This document shows, one piece after another, positions 17,944 to 25,434 of a stretch of 64,000 bases of DNA; within the stretch, counting starts at the first letter, position 1; the number at the start of each line of letters is the position of its first letter. Under the pieces are notes generated by a model. The model made no database searches. It was not told where the DNA came from and saw only the letters and a program-made list of their open reading frames with translations. The stretch is from a virus. Both the position numbers and the translations under genes were made by a program. The DNA lies in IMG/VR virus record IMGVR_UViG_3300050505_000421, positions 26,579 to 90,578 of that record; one strand, written 5' to 3'.

Positions 17944-18152
17944 CACCGTTTCCGCAAAAGAAGCATACGTGGCGACCGCCTGTTGTGGGGGAACTGCAGG
18001 ATGAGGGCCTGTATTGTCCACGGTGCGGTCGTTGGGAGAACGAACTTCGGGCTCTGGGCGGTGATCCAGAGGGAGACTGTTTCTACGTGATCGTCACCAG
18101 GGATTCAGCCATTGATGATGCAGGAGGTCACGGTGACGGGGAGCTCGGGTAG
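17940..18152 (+). CDS. hypothetical protein
   Basis: GTGA overlap; CPRC. Confidence 0.5.
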   Translation: MTPFPQKKHTWRPPVVGELQDEGLYCPRCGRWENELRALGGDPEGDCFYVIVTRDSAIDDAGGHGDGELG

Positions 18153-18158
18153 GTTTCA

Positions 18159-18359
18159 GTGAAAGCCAAGAACAAGAAGCGCGGCTGTACGTGCTGCGAC
18201 GCGGACACGACGAAGGCGCAGATGGCTCGGCGGCACGGGACGCCGGAGGAGTTCGCGCGCTCCGTACTCGGAGCCACACCAGAGGTGACGCCGGAGGAAG
18301 CCGCCGATGTTATCTCGCGCTACGAGGACGAGTGGGCGCAGGCACTAGATGATGCGTAA
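18159..18359 (+). CDS. hypothetical protein
   Basis: Fills gap; CTCC. Confidence 0.55.
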   Translation: MKAKNKKRGCTCCDADTTKAQMARRHGTPEEFARSVLGATPEVTPEEAADVISRYEDEWAQALDDA

Positions 18360-18927
18360 CTTCCAGCTTCGGAAGCCGCGTTGTCTTCTGGACGTGGACG
18401 GCGTGATCTGCGCCTTCGTGGACGGGGCCATCAAGGTCATCGAAGAGATCACAGGGAAACACTACCAACCCGACGACTTCCGAGACTTCGTTCTCTCCCT
18501 GGCAGTCGAACAACGGTTCCGTGCCGCGATTCACGAACGCTTCCAGCGGCCGGGTTGGTGCGCCAACCTGAAGCCCTATCCTGGTGCGATCGACTTCGTG
18601 GACAGGCTTCAACAGCACTGTGAAGTCTACGTCGTCACGACGCCGATGTACGGTGCCGCTACTTGGGCAAGCGAACGCGAGGGGTGGCTTCGAGACTACT
18701 TCGGGATCCCGTCGAGCCGTGTCGTACACACGTCGGCGAAGTACGTTGTGTCCGGTGCCTCGTTCATAGACGATAAGCCGTCTCATGTAGAAGAGTGGAT
18801 GCAGTACCACCCAGACGGGATCGGCGTGGTGATGGCGCGGTCCTACAACGAAGACACCACGATCACTCGCGTACACGACTACGACTCAGCGTTGGCCTGC
18901 TTGATCCCGCCGGGGCTGTTTCGATGA
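18349..18927 (+). CDS. 5'(3')-deoxyribonucleotidase (HAD, NT5C-like)
   Basis: LLDVDGV...PYPGA...VVTTP...FIDDKP. Confidence 0.85.
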   Translation: MMRNFQLRKPRCLLDVDGVICAFVDGAIKVIEEITGKHYQPDDFRDFVLSLAVEQRFRAAIHERFQRPGWCANLKPYPGAIDFVDRLQQHCEVYVVTTPMYGAATWASEREGWLRDYFGIPSSRVVHTSAKYVVSGASFIDDKPSHVEEWMQYHPDGIGVVMARSYNEDTTITRVHDYDSALACLIPPGLFR

Positions 18928-18993
18928 ACAGGAGGAAGAACACCATGACCGAACAGAACAGGAGGAAGAACACCATGACCGAACAGAACAGGA
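18926..18993 (+). repeat. perfect 30-bp tandem duplication (2 copies plus 8 bp)
   Basis: GAACAGGAGGAAGAACACCATGACCGAACA at 18926-18955 and 18956-18985. Confidence 0.95.
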
Positions 18994-19358
18994 TCGAGAT
19001 CTGCGCGCGGATCGCGCACAGCGTGAATCGAGAGTACAGCAGGTCGCTTGGCGACTTCTCCCACGACTCGTGGTGGAGCTCGCCGGAGTGGCAGCGTACC
19101 AGTTGCATCGCCGGCGTGCGTGGCGTGCTCAACGGCAACACACCGGAGCAGTCGCACGAGAGTTGGACCGCGCACAAGTTGAAGGAGGGCTGGGTCTACG
19201 GCCCGGAGAAAGACGCGGCTGCCAAACGCCATCCGTGCCTAGTCCCGTACACCGAACTGCCACCTACACAGCGCTTGAAGGACACCATCTTCGTCGCGGT
19301 CGTTCGCTCTGTGTGGTACGCGCTGAGTGATCCGGCGGTTGACCCTTCGGGCGTCTGA
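18975..19358 (+). CDS. RyR-domain protein
   Basis: PEWQR..CI.GV...TPEQSHESW...EGWVYGPEKD...HPCLVPY.ELP; alternative in-frame starts 18924/18945. Confidence 0.85.
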   Translation: MTEQNRIEICARIAHSVNREYSRSLGDFSHDSWWSSPEWQRTSCIAGVRGVLNGNTPEQSHESWTAHKLKEGWVYGPEKDAAAKRHPCLVPYTELPPTQRLKDTIFVAVVRSVWYALSDPAVDPSGV

Positions 19359-19360
19359 AC

Positions 19361-19377
19361 CAAGCACAAGGAAGAAG
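19361..19377 (-). repeat. 17-bp element B (exact)
   Basis: 1 nt before ATG 19379. Confidence 0.95.
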
Positions 19378-19378
19378 A

Positions 19379-19648
19379 ATGCAAACCCAGCAGGACGCGC
19401 ACGTCAGTGCATTCATCGTTGGTTGTGATGTCTACCCGCGCTTCCTGCGCTGGGAACTCGGCACCTTCGGTGTGGTGGCGCCGACCAGGATCAGAGAAGA
19501 GCGCTTGAGCAAGATGCTCGACAAGGAGTACGAGAAGGCCTACGGCGTCGTGATGTTCAGGTTCGCGTCCATCTACACGAAGCGCATCCGCTGCTCGGTG
19601 TGCGGGATGCTCAACCACAACGCGGCGGGGCATAAACGACGGGCGTAA
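19379..19648 (+). CDS. hypothetical protein with C-terminal zinc-knuckle-like motif
   Basis: CSVCGMLNHNAAGH = CX2CX4HX4H; motif B as RBS. Confidence 0.65.
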   Translation: MQTQQDAHVSAFIVGCDVYPRFLRWELGTFGVVAPTRIREERLSKMLDKEYEKAYGVVMFRFASIYTKRIRCSVCGMLNHNAAGHKRRA

Positions 19649-19696
19649 GGTTTGCAGGATCTTCCCACCAAGCCCCGCCTCCGCTACCATCAATCA

Positions 19697-19987
19697 ATGA
19701 AGTTCTTCCTCTTCGCGGTCCTTCTCCTCGCCATCGCAGGTTGCGCTGCCAAGTCGCCCATCACGGTCACGCCAGCCTCGGTCACCATGACGCCGCCTCC
19801 GAACCCGTGGACCTACGACGACTCCACTGTCGACGTGAAGATCATGCACGACACGGTCTACGGTGTGACATGCTGGCTCTATGAGCGGCGCACGCCGGGC
19901 GGGGCCTACTCGTCCTCGATCTCCTGCGTGTCCGACGGGCTTCTGCGTCCTGGCGGTGAGCGCGTACCCGTGCGGCTTCTCCCGTAG
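19697..19987 (+). CDS. lipoprotein
   Basis: MKFFLFAVLLLAIAGC lipobox signal; TTCCCA-N17-TACCAT ends 6 nt before ATG. Confidence 0.75.
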   Translation: MKFFLFAVLLLAIAGCAAKSPITVTPASVTMTPPPNPWTYDDSTVDVKIMHDTVYGVTCWLYERRTPGGAYSSSISCVSDGLLRPGGERVPVRLLP

Positions 19988-19990
19988 TAA

Positions 19991-20007
19991 CTTCTTCCTT
20001 GTGCTTG
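19991..20007 (+). repeat. 17-bp element A (exact)
   Basis: 3 nt after stop 19987. Confidence 0.95.
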
Positions 20008-20026
20008 GTCTGCACGCGGAGAGTTC

Positions 20027-20404
20027 ATGACTGACAAGCAGAAGACAGAGACGTGGACGTACCTCGAGGGTCTGATGCTCGGGGTCATCCTGTTTCACGC
20101 GGTGCAGCCGCTCGCGGTGGCGACCAAGCTCCTTGTCTACACCGATAAGATCTGGGTCAGCTTTGCTGGCGGCATCTTGTACTTTGCCGTGTGGGAAGGC
20201 CTGTGCCACAGAACACGTTGGTCTTTGTGGGGTACAATCATTGGACCCTGCGTTGGTTTGACGGCTGTGCTGCTCGGTTGGCTTCTGGGTGCTCTTCATA
20301 TCATCTCGTTGACGATCCGCCCTGACGTCTTCCAGTTGTCCGCCGGCGTGTTGCAGGTCGTCGCGCTCGTGAACGCGATTCGTCTTCTGAAGGCGAGGGT
20401 CTGA
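20027..20404 (+). CDS. multi-pass membrane protein, holin candidate
   Basis: About four hydrophobic helices, upstream of amidase. Confidence 0.6.
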   Translation: MTDKQKTETWTYLEGLMLGVILFHAVQPLAVATKLLVYTDKIWVSFAGGILYFAVWEGLCHRTRWSLWGTIIGPCVGLTAVLLGWLLGALHIISLTIRPDVFQLSAGVLQVVALVNAIRLLKARV

Positions 20405-20481
20405 TGCGCTTGCTCTTGGCCGTTCTGTGGCGCCTCGCACGGCGACTCCTCGCCTACCTCTGGGAAATCATCTCGCGCTGA
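20404..20481 (+). CDS. 25-aa cationic amphipathic peptide
   Basis: MRLLLAVLWRLARRLLAYLWEIISR*; TGATG coupling to upstream gene; below ORF-track cutoff. Confidence 0.55.
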   Translation: MRLLLAVLWRLARRLLAYLWEIISR

Positions 20482-20491
20482 AAGGTTGATC

Positions 20492-21313
20492 ATGTCCTAC
20501 CTTCAGAAGCGCTGGACGACCGTTCGTGACGGTCGGGACCGACGCGCACACACGCCTCTCCTTGTGTTCCACACAACGGGCAGTGGCAAGGTTGTGGAGG
20601 GCCTCGACAAGGGGCGGGACCCAAACCTGTTCCTTCCTGATTATTACGACGAGCCGGGCGCGGATGGACCGCACGAGTGCATCACTTACGAAGGCTTCGC
20701 GGCCTTGGTTCCAGGTGCGGACCACGCAGATGCAGATGCGTGGGTGATCCGAGAAGAGGAAGACTTCGCACCGCACGCTGGTATCGGGATGTCGGCGATC
20801 GAGCTCTATCGCAAGGGTTTCGACGTTTGGTCGAAGTACACGTGGGACGCAAAGAATAAGACGCTCGTCCCGCATAGCACTACGTTGGAGCGGTACCAGA
20901 CGTGGCGGAAACGCTTTCCCAACCTGCAATCCCCGCTCGATCTACTGCCCAAGGGTGTCGTGAACCCGAACGAGTGCAGTTACAGTTGGGAGATGATCCA
21001 GCCTGTGGCGAAGAAGCCTGGCGGTGGTTGGAAGACCGTTGGCTTCACGCCGCGCATGCATGACGTCGCGGCTTGGCGCGCGATGGAGCGCGTCTCGCAC
21101 TATCATCTACCGCGCGATCTCGAGGCGCTCCACCTGCAAATCGTTGGGCATGAGGACTTGCATCCAATCGTTCGGACAGACGATTGGGGTCCGTGGGACC
21201 CCGGTGCCGGCCCCCGAAAGCTCTGGGATTGGGACCTGTTCTTTGCGCGCCTCGCGTACTGGATGCAGGTTCCGTCAACACACCCGGCAAGCGATCCATC
21301 CTGGCGGCCTTGA
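20492..21313 (+). CDS. N-acetylmuramoyl-L-alanine amidase (Amidase_2-like endolysin)
   Basis: LVFHTT, PH..I, PHAG, NECSYSWE, IVGHEDL.P, DPG..WDW motif order of Zn amidases. Confidence 0.7.
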   Translation: MSYLQKRWTTVRDGRDRRAHTPLLVFHTTGSGKVVEGLDKGRDPNLFLPDYYDEPGADGPHECITYEGFAALVPGADHADADAWVIREEEDFAPHAGIGMSAIELYRKGFDVWSKYTWDAKNKTLVPHSTTLERYQTWRKRFPNLQSPLDLLPKGVVNPNECSYSWEMIQPVAKKPGGGWKTVGFTPRMHDVAAWRAMERVSHYHLPRDLEALHLQIVGHEDLHPIVRTDDWGPWDPGAGPRKLWDWDLFFARLAYWMQVPSTHPASDPSWRP

Positions 21314-21315
21314 TC

Positions 21316-21537
21316 ATGGAACAGAAGATCCTTTTCAGTTGCTTCAAGCACATCGGTCCGTGCGCAGACTGTGGTGTGCCTACGATCTGCCTGCGCGCGA
21401 AGGACCACACGGGCAACTGCGTTCCGATCTGCCCGCGGAAGAAGTACGCGAACATGGATCCCGTTGGACCGTACGATGAGGATCTCGTTTTCCCGCTCGC
21501 TCCGTACGCGCGGATGCATCGCTACGGACAGAATTGA
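21316..21537 (+). CDS. small Cys-rich protein
   Basis: CFKH..PCADC..IC; fills gap. Confidence 0.5.
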   Translation: MEQKILFSCFKHIGPCADCGVPTICLRAKDHTGNCVPICPRKKYANMDPVGPYDEDLVFPLAPYARMHRYGQN

Positions 21538-21608
21538 TGTTGTGATCGATCTGCGGGTCTGTTAGACCGAGATCAATCTTCACGACTTCCGTCGACCCGA
21601 GGAAAATC

Positions 21609-24600
21609 ATGACGTGGCACGATGACGCGCCGTTCCGGCTGGATGACAGCTTCATTGCGCGGTACGCGGGTAAGCAACCGCTCTGGGGACCGATCGGTTA
21701 CGTGACTTACAAGAGGACGTACGCGCGCAGTCGGGACAGTGTACCGGAGCGAATCATCGATCTCGGGCAACGCTTTGGTGTTTGGGATCTCGGTGGAGCT
21801 AGCGGAGCCGCGTCAGAGGAGTTCTGGTTGACGCTTGTCCGCGTAACGGAAGGTACGTACAGAATCCAGCAACAGCACTGTATCAAGCATCGCTTGCCTT
21901 GGAGCAATGAGAGGGCGCAGCGGTCGGCGCATGATTTCTTCGACCGTATGTGGACGTTCAAGTGGCTGCCGCCGGGTCGCGGGCTCTGGATGATGGGAAC
22001 GGATTATGTTGATCGTTGCGGTGGGGCCGCGCTTAACAACTGCGCGTTTGCGTCCACGGATCGACTCGACATCCTGTTCTCGGCGCCGTTCACGTTTTTG
22101 ATGGACATGTCCATGCTCGGTGTCGGTGTGGGAGGGGACACCAAGGGCGCGGGCAGTGTCCGTATTCAGATGCCAGCGACCGACGTAGAACCTTACGTTG
22201 TCGCGGACTCTCGTGAGGGTTGGGTCGAGCTTGTGCGCCGTACCCTAGATGCCTATGTCGGCGTCGGCGCGTTACCTGTAAACGTCGATTACTCTCAGAT
22301 CCGGCCGATTGGCAGCCCGATCAAGGGTTTTGGCGGGACAGCTGCAGGGGCTAGTCCACTACTGGAACTGTACAACACGATCCGCGACATCTTGGGTCCA
22401 TTGGTCGGTCGGAAGATCACATCGACTGCGATCGTCGATCTTTTCAACGTCATCGGGCGCTGTGTTGTTGCCGGGAACATTCGGCGTAGCGCTGAGATTA
22501 TGTTCGGGGAGCCTGGTGACTCCGTGTTCTTGAAGTTGAAAGACCCAACGCAGATCAGCGCCCTCGAAGAACAGCATCGCCAAGCTGTTGCCGCGGGCGT
22601 GCGTGCTGAGGTGAGTGCTGCCATCGCAGCGCGCATCGCAGCACATCCACTGAAGGCGTGGCGCTGGGCTTCAAACAACACGCAACTTGCTGTTGTCGGT
22701 ATGGACTACGCGGAACCGGCCGAACTGACTGCAAAGAACGGGGAGCCTGGGTACATGTGGCTCGAGAATGCGCGTGCGTACGGGCGGATGACCGATCCGC
22801 CCAATAACCGCGATCACCGTGCCGCTGGCGGTAACCCTTGTGTCCCAGCCGGAACGCTAGTGCTGACCCGTGAAGGATACCGCTCGATCGAGAACCTAGT
22901 CGGGATGCGCGTTCAAATTTGGAATGGCGCCCAGTGGTCATACGTCGAGCCGCGCGTCACCGGGCGTAACGAACGAATGGTCCGTGTTCGGCTCTCCGAC
23001 GGGACGAGCCTCACCTGCACTGAGTATCACGAATGGCTGACGACCGAGGGGCGCAGGCGTGCCGTCGACCTGATGCCTGGCGATGCGCTGGAGAAGGTGT
23101 CGATGCCGCTCGTCGAGTCCGGAGTACCGTTCACGCACGCTTACACGCACGGGTTCTTCTGCGGGGACGGCCAGGTCTCTGAAAGCGGATCGAAAGGTGC
23201 GCTCCTCTGCGGCGAGAAGATGCGACTCGTTGAGCATTTGGAGGGACAGACGACGGGCGAGGTCGACGAGTATGGACGTCTCTGGTTCGGCATGCCGCGG
23301 ACCATGGCCGAGAAGTTCGTCGTGCCGCTGGACGCAACGGTGTGTGACCGGATTGCGTGGTTCGCGGGTCTGCTCGACGCTGACGGTTGCGTCGTCCGCA
23401 ACCTCCACAGTGTCGGACTCCAGATGACGAGCGTGAATCTGGATTTCCTGCTCCGAGTGCGTCTGATGCTTACGACGCTCGGGGTACAGGCGAAGGTAAC
23501 ATCCCGCGACGGGAGCGCCTGGACGCGGGAGATGCCAGACGGTCGCGGCGGGGTGAAGAGCTACGAACGCCAACAGCTATACCTCCTGTCGGTCAATGCG
23601 ACGGACACTTACAACCTGCGCAGGATGGGACTAGCGACCCGGCGACTCGATGTCCCGCTTGCAAAGCCGCAACGAGATGCTCGGCGATTCGTCACCGTCG
23701 AGGAAATCGACCGCCTGGGCTTTGCCGATGTCGTCTACTGTTTCAACGAGCCATTTCGGCACGCCGGCTGTTTCGACGGGATCGTGACTGGGCAATGCCT
23801 GGAGCAGACGCTCGAGTCATTCGAAACTTGCTGTTTGGTTGAGACGTTTCCCTCACTTCATGATTCCTATCAGGACTACGAACGCACGCTGAAGAAAGCG
23901 TATATGTACGCTAAGACGGTCACGCTTGTGCCAACGCACGACGAACGCACGAACGCCGTCATGCTGCGGAATCGACGGATCGGTTGCTCGATGTCCGGCA
24001 TTGTTCAAGCCATGAATCGGCACGGGCGTCGTTCATTCTTGAAGGACTGGTGCAATCGTGGATATGCGTACCTGACCGAACTCGACAACATGTACTCCGA
24101 TTGGTTGTGCGTGCCGCACTCTATCAAGATCACCAGCGTGAAACCGTCGGGTACCGTCAGCTTGCTGCCGGGTGTAACACCAGGCATCCACTTTCCGCAC
24201 GACGCGTACTACTTCCGGGTCATCCGATTCGACACAGCGTCGCCCCTCGTTCGAATCTTGCGGGCCGCTGGTTACCGTTGTGAGGAGATCGATCCCCGCA
24301 AGGAACCGAACACGACGGCGGTGTATTTCGCCGTCGCCGAACCGTTCTTTGCGCGCGGGAAACGGGACGTCTCCATGTGGGAACAGTTGGAGATGGCTGC
24401 GCAGATGCAAGCGTACTGGGCAGACAACCAAGTCAGTTGCACGGTCACGTTTCAAGCGCACGAAGCCAAGGACATCAAGCACGCACTGGAACTATACGAG
24501 ACGCGCCTCAAGGGGATTTCCTTCTTGCCCTTCATGGATGAAGCCGACCAATACAAGAGTCGCGGTTTTGAGCACGTGCCGTATCAGGCAATCGACCGCG

Positions 24601-24728
24601 TTACCTATGAAGACTACGTCGCCAAGTTGCAGCCGCTTGATTTGAACTCTGTCCGCGCAGAGGTCGTGGATAAGTTCTGCGATGGACCGATCTGTGACCT
24701 GCCGCAAAAGGCCGGAATCACATCCTGA
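21609..24728 (+). CDS. nrdJ: class II (B12-dependent) ribonucleotide reductase, intein-containing
   Basis: TYKRTYAR, PPGRGLW, NNCAF, GNIRRSAEI, NP|CLE, ITSVKPSGTVS, C-terminal CDGPIC. Confidence 0.95.
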   Translation: MTWHDDAPFRLDDSFIARYAGKQPLWGPIGYVTYKRTYARSRDSVPERIIDLGQRFGVWDLGGASGAASEEFWLTLVRVTEGTYRIQQQHCIKHRLPWSNERAQRSAHDFFDRMWTFKWLPPGRGLWMMGTDYVDRCGGAALNNCAFASTDRLDILFSAPFTFLMDMSMLGVGVGGDTKGAGSVRIQMPATDVEPYVVADSREGWVELVRRTLDAYVGVGALPVNVDYSQIRPIGSPIKGFGGTAAGASPLLELYNTIRDILGPLVGRKITSTAIVDLFNVIGRCVVAGNIRRSAEIMFGEPGDSVFLKLKDPTQISALEEQHRQAVAAGVRAEVSAAIAARIAAHPLKAWRWASNNTQLAVVGMDYAEPAELTAKNGEPGYMWLENARAYGRMTDPPNNRDHRAAGGNPCVPAGTLVLTREGYRSIENLVGMRVQIWNGAQWSYVEPRVTGRNERMVRVRLSDGTSLTCTEYHEWLTTEGRRRAVDLMPGDALEKVSMPLVESGVPFTHAYTHGFFCGDGQVSESGSKGALLCGEKMRLVEHLEGQTTGEVDEYGRLWFGMPRTMAEKFVVPLDATVCDRIAWFAGLLDADGCVVRNLHSVGLQMTSVNLDFLLRVRLMLTTLGVQAKVTSRDGSAWTREMPDGRGGVKSYERQQLYLLSVNATDTYNLRRMGLATRRLDVPLAKPQRDARRFVTVEEIDRLGFADVVYCFNEPFRHAGCFDGIVTGQCLEQTLESFETCCLVETFPSLHDSYQDYERTLKKAYMYAKTVTLVPTHDERTNAVMLRNRRIGCSMSGIVQAMNRHGRRSFLKDWCNRGYAYLTELDNMYSDWLCVPHSIKITSVKPSGTVSLLPGVTPGIHFPHDAYYFRVIRFDTASPLVRILRAAGYRCEEIDPRKEPNTTAVYFAVAEPFFARGKRDVSMWEQLEMAAQMQAYWADNQVSCTVTFQAHEAKDIKHALELYETRLKGISFLPFMDEADQYKSRGFEHVPYQAIDRVTYEDYVAKLQPLDLNSVRAEVVDKFCDGPICDLPQKAGITS
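22839..23795 (+). mobile_element. intein with LAGLIDADG homing endonuclease (319 aa)
   Basis: Begins CVPAGTLVLTREG after GGNP; HGFFCGDG and FAGLLDADG blocks; ends GIVTGQ before C+1. Confidence 0.92.
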
Positions 24729-24744
24729 GTTAGTTCAAAGCAGG

Positions 24745-24773
24745 TTGCGCCAAAGGCCCCGAACTGGCACACT
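24745..24773 (+). promoter_or_regulatory. putative promoter giving leaderless mRNA
   Basis: TTGCGC-N17-CACACT, ATG 24780 follows after 6 nt, no SD. Confidence 0.4.
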
Positions 24774-24779
24774 CGGCGC

Positions 24780-25367
24780 ATGAAGCTTCGCTTTCCGGCC
24801 TTTGTTCTTCTCCTCAGCCTTGGGATCTTCTCGGCGTTCGCCGTTCCCGCCCTTGTGTGGGCCGGCGCCCCGGGGCAGGACGACTTCACGGCGGAAATGG
24901 ATGACGCGTCCGTTCCGTTGCCCCGTGATGCAGTGGTCGTCAACACCGCCACGGGCGAGCCGTTCGCGCCTGCGATGACGGTGAATCTCGATCCGCCGAA
25001 TGCGCCCGAGATCACCATGGGTTGGGCGCTCGACATCATCAAGCAGATCTTGAAGGCCTTCAACGAGGGCAACTACAGCTGGGCCGCCGGCGCGCTCATG
25101 CTCTTCGGCCTTGCGTTGCTGCGGCGCTTCTGGTCGTTCATCCCGAATGATTACAGGGTCTACTTTGTCAGCGGCGCAGGTGTCGTCGCTTCCATCTCAA
25201 CGGGACTGATGTCCGGGGCCTCGGTGCTGCACAGCTTGTACATGGGTGTGACGGCTGCGGCCTTCGCGTCGCTCTTCTGGGCTTGCCTGAAGCCTCTGCG
25301 AAAGAAGTTCCCCGCGCTGGACAAGTTCCTGACAACCTCCTGGCCTTTCAAGGCCAAGGAAGCCTAG
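24780..25367 (+). CDS. membrane protein with signal-like N-terminus (holin-like candidate)
   Basis: Hydrophobic N-terminus plus three C-terminal helices, basic tail. Confidence 0.65.
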   Translation: MKLRFPAFVLLLSLGIFSAFAVPALVWAGAPGQDDFTAEMDDASVPLPRDAVVVNTATGEPFAPAMTVNLDPPNAPEITMGWALDIIKQILKAFNEGNYSWAAGALMLFGLALLRRFWSFIPNDYRVYFVSGAGVVASISTGLMSGASVLHSLYMGVTAAAFASLFWACLKPLRKKFPALDKFLTTSWPFKAKEA

Positions 25368-25369
25368 AC

Positions 25370-25410
25370 CGAACACAAGGAAGAAAGACACCACTTCTTC
25401 CTTGTGTTTG
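25370..25410. repeat. element B (25370-25386) then A (25394-25410), inverted pair
   Basis: CGAACACAAGGAAGAAA-GACACCA-CTTCTTCCTTGTGTTTG between stop 25367 and portal. Confidence 0.95.
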
Positions 25411-25434
25411 AGTCCCGGGCTACAATGACGGGCG

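Noticed and set aside
20554-20570. GCCTCTCCTTGTGTTCC as another element copy
   Set aside because: Only 10/17 match and it encodes the amidase LVFH zinc-ligand region, so protein constraint explains it.
4661-25426. Element A as a fixed-spacing -35 promoter element
   Set aside because: Distance from its CCTT core to the nearest -10-like hexamer differs (17 at 25394, 20 at 12586, 21 or 25 at 4661) and most copies have none.
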